Shown: positions 26,945 to 34,455 of the stretch, piece by piece
Layout of the letters: each line of letters starts with the position of its first letter
Numbering within the stretch: the stretch's first letter is position 1
Assembly: GCA_963605995.1 (NCBI GenBank)
Contig: CAVCYJ010000001.1
Coordinates: 1-40,682 of the forward strand
DNA length: 40,682 bases
Direction: 5' to 3'
Source: Holdemanella biformis
Lineage (GTDB): Bacteria; Bacillota; Clostridia; Lachnospirales; Lachnospiraceae
The notes under the pieces: model-generated
Database searches by the model: none
Told to the model about the DNA's origin: nothing
The model's input: the letters and a program-made list of their open reading frames with translations, nothing else
Translations under genes and position numbers: made by a program

Positions 26945-28159
26945 ATGCCAGCTTTTGTCTACGTGGCAGCAGATAAAAAAGGGAAAGAGAAGAGAGGAAC
27001 GATTGAGGCCGAGAGCCGGGAGAAGGTTCTGGAGATCCTGAAGAATGATGGTCTGATCCTGGTTTCTGTCAGAGAACAGGGAGTGCTGAACAGAGAACTT
27101 GATTTCTCCATAGGCAAAAAAGTGAAGCCGCGCGATCTGAGCGTGTTCTGCCGCCAGTTTGTCAGCATTACCCAGGCGGGGGTTCCGATGAAGGAAGCGC
27201 TGCAGATGCTCTCTGAACAGACAGAGAATAAATGGCTCAAAAGAGCGATCTCGGAAGTCCTTCTCAGCGTGGAAAAGGGAAATACCCTGGCAGATTCCAT
27301 GCGGGGCGAACCGGATGTGTTTCCGCCGATGCTCATCAATATGGTGGAGGCCGGTGAGAACTCGGGCAGCCTGGACAGGTCTTTTTCAAGGATGGCAGTC
27401 CATTTCGAGAAGGAAACGAAGCTGAAGGCTACGATCAGAAAGGCGACCATTTATCCGATCATCCTGATCCTTGCCGCGATTGGTGTAATTGCGATCATGA
27501 TGCTGTTCGTTATCCCGATTTTTATTGATATGTTTGCAGATCTGGATGTGGAGATGCCGGCGATCACCATGTGGGTCATGAACACCAGCAGATGGGTGAC
27601 TGCCAACTGGTACATCATACTGGCAGCGATCATTCTGGTGATCGTGGCATATAAGCTGATCTACAGGACAGAGCAGGGCAGACTTGTGATCGACAGGATA
27701 AAAATGAAAATGCCTCTTTTTGGTAAGCTGACAGTCAAGACGGCATGTGCACAGTTTGCCAGAACGATGAGTACCCTGCTGTCATCCGGTATTTCAACCA
27801 TTGATTCACTGGAGACTGTGGCAAAGATTATCAATAATATTCATTATACGAATGCTCTGATGAGGGCGAGGGAGGAAGTCATGAAGGGAATCCCTCTTTC
27901 CGAACCTCTGACCGCATCGGGGATTTTTCCGCCGATGGTATGCCATATGACCGGGATCGGCGAGGAAACCGGTAATGTGGAGGATATGCTGGAAAAGCTG
28001 GCGGATTATTATGACGAAGAGGTGGAGATGACCACCCAGAGTGTGCTGGCGGCTATGGAGCCGCTGATCATCGTGTTTATGGCGCTTGTGGTCGGTACGC
28101 TGGTCATTGCGGTTATCTCTCCGATCGGAGCCATGTACAATGGACTGGATAATCTGTAA
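26945..28159 (+). CDS. pilC: Type IV pilus platform protein (GspF/PilC family)
   Basis: FCRQF..AGVP, GENSGSL, IYP, GEETGNV, MEP; two cytoplasmic domains and three TMs. Confidence 0.95.
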   Translation: MPAFVYVAADKKGKEKRGTIEAESREKVLEILKNDGLILVSVREQGVLNRELDFSIGKKVKPRDLSVFCRQFVSITQAGVPMKEALQMLSEQTENKWLKRAISEVLLSVEKGNTLADSMRGEPDVFPPMLINMVEAGENSGSLDRSFSRMAVHFEKETKLKATIRKATIYPIILILAAIGVIAIMMLFVIPIFIDMFADLDVEMPAITMWVMNTSRWVTANWYIILAAIILVIVAYKLIYRTEQGRLVIDRIKMKMPLFGKLTVKTACAQFARTMSTLLSSGISTIDSLETVAKIINNIHYTNALMRAREEVMKGIPLSEPLTASGIFPPMVCHMTGIGEETGNVEDMLEKLADYYDEEVEMTTQSVLAAMEPLIIVFMALVVGTLVIAVISPIGAMYNGLDNL

Positions 28160-28553
28160 TAAAGGTTCCGGGCACATCTTCGCGAGTGGCAACCGCGTTA
28201 AAAGTTGCCGGATCATATTTTCGGGATGCTTCACGGCTTGCACAGGGAAGCTGTGTTCATCATAGAAATCGTGTAAATATCGTGTTTTCTTAATGATATG
28301 GAAGGGGGCGTGCAGAAAAGACGGGATTTAAATGATTTGCAGGGAATCAGGAAGAAGCGGGATTTCATGATTTCATCACGAAATCGTGAGGTCAGATCAA
28401 AAAAGTAACAGGAAAACCAGACAACGGGTTCATACCCGTTGAACCAGTCGTCAGACAGTGACATCCGTGTGTCAGCAGATAAAGGCTTGATCCTGCGCAG
28501 CACATGAGCAAATATCACTGTACTGGCACACGAAAAGATAAGGAGGCAATCAT

Positions 28554-29066
28554 ATGTTAAAGTTATTTAACAGAAAGAAAAAAGATAATAAAGGCTTTAC
28601 ATTAGTAGAACTTGTAATTGTAGTTGCTATTCTTGCCATCTTAGTTGGCTTACTGGCACCACAGTATACAAAGTATGTTGAGAAATCCAGAAAGGCTGCA
28701 GATGCCAGCAATATGGATGAGATGGTAAACGTTGTAAAAGTATTTGCTGCTGATCCGGCAAACGAACTCGCTGCAGGTACATATACTATCACTATTTCCT
28801 CAACAGAAAAGGAAACAACTGTTACACCTGAACCAACTACCTTGGTTACAAAGGCACTTACAGATGAACTGACAGCTTCTATCCCTAGTTGGGCAACTAC
28901 AACAACAAAGTCCAAAAAATGGGGAAAAAGCGGTGCATCAGCAGATATTTCAGCTGCTATTACAGTAGGGGAAGACGGTGGCACCAGTGTGAAATATACA
29001 GTAAGTGATAATTCTGAGACAAGTAACAAGTTTGCAAAATATATGGAAACAGGTGCTGAAAAATAA
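28554..29066 (+). CDS. pilA: Major type IVa prepilin
   Basis: Class III signal KKDNKG/FTLVELVIVVAILAIL..AP (E5, P22); 170 aa; strong RBS AAGGAGG; own 394-bp upstream region. Confidence 0.9.
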   Translation: MLKLFNRKKKDNKGFTLVELVIVVAILAILVGLLAPQYTKYVEKSRKAADASNMDEMVNVVKVFAADPANELAAGTYTITISSTEKETTVTPEPTTLVTKALTDELTASIPSWATTTTKSKKWGKSGASADISAAITVGEDGGTSVKYTVSDNSETSNKFAKYMETGAEK

Positions 29067-29109
29067 TCTTTACTCTGTATTAAGCGATTTTTGAAAGGAA
29101 TTTACTCCT

Positions 29110-29874
29110 ATGCTTCTTTTCCTTGAACTTATCCCATATATAACAGTTTTCTTATTCGGAATCACCATCGGCAGCTTTCTGAATGTCTGCATTTACCGGC
29201 TCCCGCTCGGGGAGTCGGTGGTGACAGCCCCTTCCCATTGTATGTCCTGTGGACAGAAGCTTCGGTGGTATGATATGGTTCCGGTATTCAGCTGGCTGGT
29301 ATTGAGGGGCAGGTGTCGTAACTGTAAATCAAAGATTTCGGCGCAGTATCCGATCATAGAGGGTGTCAATGGCATCCTCTGTGTGGTGATATGTGCGGTA
29401 AATGGCCTGAGGTATGACAGCGTGATCTACTGCCTGATGACTTCGGCACTCCTGGTACTGAGCATCATTGACTGGCGCACCTGTGAGATCCCTTTCGGGA
29501 TCAATGTCTTTCTGTTTGTGCTTGGCATGGCAATGACAGTGGCTGACAGGGGAAATCTGGCAGGACATCTGATCGGAATGGTCTGTGTCAGCGGCCTGCT
29601 GGGTCTTTTGTATCTGGCGAGTAGCGGAAGTGCGATCGGCGGCGGTGATGTGAAGCTGATGTTTGCCTGCGGGCTTATTTTGGGATGGCAGAGGATTCTG
29701 CTGGCATTTCTGACCGGCTGTATTGTCGGTTCAGTGGTTCATTTGTTCCGGATTAAGGTCCGGGGCGCGGGACGGGTTCTGGCTATGGGACCTTATCTGT
29801 CTGTAGGGATTTTTATGGCTGCCCTGTGGGGAAACAGCTGGATTTCCTGGTATCTGAGACTGCTTGGAATTTAG
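29110..29874 (+). CDS. pilD: Prepilin peptidase/N-methyltransferase (A24)
   Basis: GSFLNVCIYRLP, SHCMSC..GRCRNC, catalytic ID and GGGDVKL, MGPYL. Confidence 0.95.
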   Translation: MLLFLELIPYITVFLFGITIGSFLNVCIYRLPLGESVVTAPSHCMSCGQKLRWYDMVPVFSWLVLRGRCRNCKSKISAQYPIIEGVNGILCVVICAVNGLRYDSVIYCLMTSALLVLSIIDWRTCEIPFGINVFLFVLGMAMTVADRGNLAGHLIGMVCVSGLLGLLYLASSGSAIGGGDVKLMFACGLILGWQRILLAFLTGCIVGSVVHLFRIKVRGAGRVLAMGPYLSVGIFMAALWGNSWISWYLRLLGI

Positions 29875-30106
29875 GGGACTGCTCCGGCTGTGTTTTTGCA
29901 CGGCAGGGCATATGTGGACAGCAAAGGGAGTGGACAGCAGATGCTCCCGGGTTTTATTTTCAGGTACAAAAGTGCATTTCACAGAGAAATGTATTTTTGC
30001 AGGTGAAAATACAATAAATACAGTGAAAATAATATTTTCCGGATGCCGGCATTCCGGAGGCAGATGTGCCGGCGGGAGATTTACTGTACTGGATGGAGGA
30101 CTAAAG

Positions 30107-31735
30107 ATGGCACGGTTTTTGAGTATAGAGGCGGAGAGTACACAGCTTCGGGTCGGAGAGGTGGAGATTGCCGGACGTAAGGGCAGGATGATCCAGTGTT
30201 TTGTGATGCCGGTTCCGCAGGGGACGGTTGAGGACGGACAGATTCGTGATACCAGAGGACTTGGAGTCCGTCTGCGGCAGGAACTGGACAGGAGAAAGAT
30301 CCGTACAAAAAAAGTTTACTTTGTTACTGCATCTACGAGGATCGCAAGCAGAGAGGTGAGGATTCCGCTGGTCAGGAAAAGCAGGATCCAGAGTATTATT
30401 GAAGCAAATGCCGCGGATTATTTTCCGATTGATGTGTCTAAATATGTGATGTCATATATTGTTCTTGGCGTGACCGGACTTCCGGAAAAAGGAAAACACG
30501 GAAAGAAGAAAGAGGCTCAGGAAGAGGACGGAGAATACAGGCTGATGGTTTATGCCTCTCCGAAGTCGATTTCTGCCGCTTACGGTGAGTGTGCGGATAA
30601 TGCCGGCCTGGTCATGGAAGGGATCACGCATACGGCCAACACGGTATATCAGGCAGTTGAGGAGGAATATGCTTCCGGTATACATATTCTGATCAAGGTT
30701 GAGATGGAGGGAAGCGTTATCAGTATCATCCGTGACGGTAAGCTGAGCCTCCAGCGAAATGTAAATTACGGAGTGGAGAACGCAGTAGAGGTTCTTAGGA
30801 ATTTTCCCCAGTTTGGCGAACAGCTTGAGGTGCAGGATGCGCTGGAGCTTCTCGGAGAGCGTAAGCTGCTGGATTCATCTCTGGATGACGGGAGCGGAGA
30901 ACAGGGGGATCCGGTGAAACGCGAGGTTACGGAGAGTTTCCGGTATCTGATCGGAAATATTTCCAGAATCATGGATTATTATATTTCCAGAAATGGAGAT
31001 ATGATTTTTGACAGTATTGCCCTGTGCGGTCTTGGAGGCCGGGTGCAGGGGATCACGGAGCTTTTTTCCTATGAGCTGGGCCAGAGCGTGGAGCGGATTT
31101 CACAGATTAAGAGATATAAGGTGCCGGCATCCGGTGATAAAGAGGGACTGTTCCTCTATCTGGCGGTGGCAGACCCGGTGAAGTCAGGACTCAACCTGAT
31201 GGAGAAATCCGGAAGAAAGAAAAAGGAGCAGAAGGATACGCTGAGCGGAGCCGTGGTTGTCTTTGCGGTGGGTGCGGCGGCCGGTATCCTGCTGACAGGT
31301 GTGGGTTATGCGACCCGGATTTATCAGCAGCATGTGCAGGAGAGCCTGAATAAGCGTATCACCGAAGAGAGTTCGATCGAAGATGTCTACAATGCTTATA
31401 CTGCTGCGAAATCGAAGTATGAAAATTATGAGAGTATGTATCAGTATACCAGCACTCCTAATGAGGGACTTAAGAGCTTTATAGAGGAGCTTGAGGAAAA
31501 AATGCCCTCGGATATCACAGTGGAAAGCTTCAGCTCTACCGGAAGCCAGGTCAGCTTTTCGATGCGGGTCAGCAGCAAATCGGCGGCAGCGAATACACTG
31601 ATGCAGCTTCGTACCTTTGAGAGTCTGGCAACTGTGACGACTACGGGTATTGACGAGGCAGAGGACGGAACCGTATCCATGAGTGTGGCATGTACCTACT
31701 CAGATCCGGCACCTTTAGACAGCAGTGCAGAATAG
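30107..31735 (+). CDS. pilM: Fused PilM-PilN alignment protein
   Basis: Actin-like N-terminal part (VEDGQI, IALCGLGG), then LNL, a basic stretch, one TM, coiled coil and PilN-like LEEKMPSDITVESF. Start ATG 30107 behind GGAGG. Confidence 0.85.
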   Translation: MARFLSIEAESTQLRVGEVEIAGRKGRMIQCFVMPVPQGTVEDGQIRDTRGLGVRLRQELDRRKIRTKKVYFVTASTRIASREVRIPLVRKSRIQSIIEANAADYFPIDVSKYVMSYIVLGVTGLPEKGKHGKKKEAQEEDGEYRLMVYASPKSISAAYGECADNAGLVMEGITHTANTVYQAVEEEYASGIHILIKVEMEGSVISIIRDGKLSLQRNVNYGVENAVEVLRNFPQFGEQLEVQDALELLGERKLLDSSLDDGSGEQGDPVKREVTESFRYLIGNISRIMDYYISRNGDMIFDSIALCGLGGRVQGITELFSYELGQSVERISQIKRYKVPASGDKEGLFLYLAVADPVKSGLNLMEKSGRKKKEQKDTLSGAVVVFAVGAAAGILLTGVGYATRIYQQHVQESLNKRITEESSIEDVYNAYTAAKSKYENYESMYQYTSTPNEGLKSFIEELEEKMPSDITVESFSSTGSQVSFSMRVSSKSAAANTLMQLRTFESLATVTTTGIDEAEDGTVSMSVACTYSDPAPLDSSAE

Positions 31736-31749
31736 GGAGGCAGACGAAG

Positions 31750-32643
31750 ATGAAGATGGATATGAATATTTCCATGCGGGATAAGAAAATACTTCTGATG
31801 TTTCTGGGACTGGTTTTCTTTGCTGTGGGATATTTTTTCGGATATAAGCCGCAGATGGAGGAGGCACAGAGCATTCAGGATTCGAATGCTCCGTTACAGG
31901 AACGTCTGAAAGACCTGCTCAAACTGGCAGAAAACAAGGATTACTATCTGGAGGAAACTTCTTCCATCCAGACAAAGCTTGACAAATATACTTCGGAATT
32001 TCCGGCGGACATCCGTTCCGAGGACGGGATCGTACTGGCTCAGGACATGGAGGATTCCCTGGATATGCAGATCTCCGGTGTGGGGCTTGGAACAAGGGAA
32101 TTTGTTGCGGCTCTGGACGGAAGTACGGAGGATCCGCTGCTGGATGTGCCGGATGAGACAATGTCTGAACAGGCAAATGAGCAGACACAGTCTCAGCTTG
32201 ACGAGATCGAGGGAACGGATGTACAGGGAGAGAAGGAACTGCAGCAGGCATCGGATGCGGAAGCAGAAAAGGCAGCCAGCCAGCTCACCAGCCCGGTACT
32301 CTACCGCACACAGGATACCCTCCAGTTTACCGGAACCTATGCAAGCCTGAAGGACATGGTGGAGTATCTGGCAGACCAGAGCGGCAGAATGACACTTGAC
32401 AGTGTGAATGCTTCCTTTGATTCCACCACGGGAAATCTTACAGGAAGTATCGTTATCAATCTTTTCTCCATGGCAGGAACAGGACAGACCTACACAGAGC
32501 CGGATGCAGGCAGCGTCAGCTACGGCACCGACAACATCTTCGGAACCATCGAGACAAAGAAGAGCAAAAAAAAGAGCAAGAAGAATAAGAAGTCCGCAGA
32601 CGAGACTTCAGCCTCCGCAGATACTACCGGGCAGGCACAATAG
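31750..32643 (+). CDS. PilO-like alignment protein
   Basis: ISMRDKKILL plus single TM, coiled coil, FTGTYASLKDMVEYL..RMT ferredoxin-like motif; position after pilMN; RBS GGGAGG. Confidence 0.75.
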   Translation: MKMDMNISMRDKKILLMFLGLVFFAVGYFFGYKPQMEEAQSIQDSNAPLQERLKDLLKLAENKDYYLEETSSIQTKLDKYTSEFPADIRSEDGIVLAQDMEDSLDMQISGVGLGTREFVAALDGSTEDPLLDVPDETMSEQANEQTQSQLDEIEGTDVQGEKELQQASDAEAEKAASQLTSPVLYRTQDTLQFTGTYASLKDMVEYLADQSGRMTLDSVNASFDSTTGNLTGSIVINLFSMAGTGQTYTEPDAGSVSYGTDNIFGTIETKKSKKKSKKNKKSADETSASADTTGQAQ

Positions 32644-32654
32644 GGAGAGTATGT

Positions 32655-32694
32655 TAGAGGGGAGAACTACAAAAGCCCCTCTATCTGTGTTTTT
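32655..32694 (+). terminator. Weak terminator/attenuator between the pilO-like gene and the minor pilins
   Basis: 8-bp stem tagagggg / cccctcta with a 13-nt loop, then tctgtgttttt. Confidence 0.5.
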
Positions 32695-32764
32695 ATAAAA
32701 GTTCAGCAAACCCCACCGCCTTCCCCCGGGAAACTACATCATAAGAGAAGGGAGCATCCGACAG

Positions 32765-34438
32765 TTGGACAGACAAAAGAACCGAAACTCAAATGCAGGT
32801 ATGACACTGCTGGAAGTAATCATTGCAGTGAGTATCTTTTCCATAGCTGCGCTCGTGCTCCTGCAGAGTTTTGTGACATCGAGCAGAATCAATAAGAAAT
32901 CGAATTCCTATCTGGAAGCAACTACTGTGGCGCAGAATATCATGGAAGAGATCAAGTCAAAGAAGTTTGAAGAGGTTTCGCTGGCATTTAATTATCCCGT
33001 CGACAGCAGTGGTGCCGCAAGGCTGACCTTCCTGAATGACCAGAAAAGCAGGATCAACAGCGGTACCGCAGACGAACTGGGAGTCAGGGAGATTCTGAAG
33101 ACTAAAGACAGCAGTGGTTCTCCGGTATATAATCCGGTACGAAAATATACGGAAGGTATTGACGAGTCGAAGGTGACTGCATCTGTGATCTCGACAGACA
33201 ATGGCAAAACTTACAAATTCAATCCGAGAAAAACAGGGGATAATGCGTCGAAATATTATTTTGAGCTTACGAATGTAACGGTCAACCATGAGACATTTGA
33301 TGCTCTGGTGACATTTGACGGAAGCGAAAGTTCAGGGTACAAGAAGAAAAATGCCAAGAGCAGTGACGAGGGAAAAAATGATTATCTGGCACCGAATATC
33401 TCGAAACTGGACACAAAGTCGAATGCTTTTTTGATCATGCCCCAGAACTGGGATGAAAATGCCATGCAGCAGCTTGTAAATGCACAGCATACAAAAGCCC
33501 TTGAGAAATGGAGAGATCAGGAGGCTGCTGATCTTGTCAAGGGTCCTGATGAGACAAATGAGGAGTTCGCTGCACGAAAAGAGGAGTATGAGAAGCAGAA
33601 TCCGCAGCCGCAGATACTTGACTGGGAAGAAGTATACAAAAATACCAGAAGAACTCTTTATGTAAAAATAGAGGAAAATAACGGAACGATAAAAGCGGAA
33701 GCCAAATATACACTTTGTGCTTATAATTATACGAAGTCAGGCGGAAGCACTTATGAATCTATGGGATTTTGTCCCTGTAATGGAACCGGTGAAGAGGGTG
33801 ATAACATAAAAGACGGATGCTTCTGTACATATAAAAGTGCTTACGTGCCTTTCTACAGTTCCGAGACAGGAGAGAGCCTGAAGAATCTGTTCGTTTTTTA
33901 TTATCCCAATTATAATTCTCAGAATGCTTCCAATCCATATGATAAGATCGTGCTGGATAATACGACAAATTATGAAGTGAATTTTTATGTAACCAAGCAG
34001 AGAGATGAGGAAAACGGAATCCCGGGTTATACACAGGAGGCCATGTACCGTATGTCTCTTACTGTCCAGGAAAATCCGGTAGCCCGTGGAAAAACAAACT
34101 GGTATACAAATCCAAGTCTTTATCGTGCAGTAACTAAACTCCGTACAAATCTGGACTATAATATCAGTGGAAGCAGTAATATGGAAGAAATACTGAACCG
34201 TCCGAAGATTTCTCAGATGTCCCTGACGTATCAGGCGGTAAATGACAGCGGAGATACAGGCCAGAAGGTCAGAGGCAGTGCAGCCAAGAAGGTTCTGGAA
34301 TACAATAATCTTGATGACAGAGAGGAAGAAGACCGTATTTATACTGCAAAGGTAGAGATATACAAAGCCGGGGCAGCCGCAAAAAACTTTCAGGGCGAAA
34401 AGCCTGTAGCTACGTTGGATGGAGCTAAGGAAGACTGA
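32765..34438 (+). CDS. Large minor prepilin, PilV/GspI-like (557 aa)
   Basis: TTG start; NAG/MTLLEVIIAVSIF (E5); ATTVAQNIMEEIK helix. Confidence 0.85.
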   Translation: MDRQKNRNSNAGMTLLEVIIAVSIFSIAALVLLQSFVTSSRINKKSNSYLEATTVAQNIMEEIKSKKFEEVSLAFNYPVDSSGAARLTFLNDQKSRINSGTADELGVREILKTKDSSGSPVYNPVRKYTEGIDESKVTASVISTDNGKTYKFNPRKTGDNASKYYFELTNVTVNHETFDALVTFDGSESSGYKKKNAKSSDEGKNDYLAPNISKLDTKSNAFLIMPQNWDENAMQQLVNAQHTKALEKWRDQEAADLVKGPDETNEEFAARKEEYEKQNPQPQILDWEEVYKNTRRTLYVKIEENNGTIKAEAKYTLCAYNYTKSGGSTYESMGFCPCNGTGEEGDNIKDGCFCTYKSAYVPFYSSETGESLKNLFVFYYPNYNSQNASNPYDKIVLDNTTNYEVNFYVTKQRDEENGIPGYTQEAMYRMSLTVQENPVARGKTNWYTNPSLYRAVTKLRTNLDYNISGSSNMEEILNRPKISQMSLTYQAVNDSGDTGQKVRGSAAKKVLEYNNLDDREEEDRIYTAKVEIYKAGAAAKNFQGEKPVATLDGAKED

Positions 34439-34455
34439 TTTTTCAGGAGGAATGG

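Noticed and set aside
28165..28200. c-di-GMP-II riboswitch upstream of pilA, as in C. difficile (ccgggcac ... agtggcaaccg)
   Set aside because: The pseudoknot partner would need GTGC but reads GTGG, the kink-turn stem is missing, and the 5' part would lie inside pilC. An Rfam scan would settle it.
28298..28408. 36-codon + strand ORF (MEGGVQKRRD...) and the 95-aa minus-strand ORF in the pilC-pilA gap
   Set aside because: No RBS or recognisable motif; the sequence is better explained as regulatory DNA.
29096..29109. RBS-sequestering hairpin (agga/tcct) before pilD
   Set aside because: Only a 4-bp stem, too weak to support as a regulatory element.
29864..30106. N-terminal extensions in the ORF track (also 3636, 6229, 24047, 31690, 36969)
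   Set aside because: They cross intergenic hairpins or upstream genes; downstream ATGs mostly have good RBSs and match the family starts.
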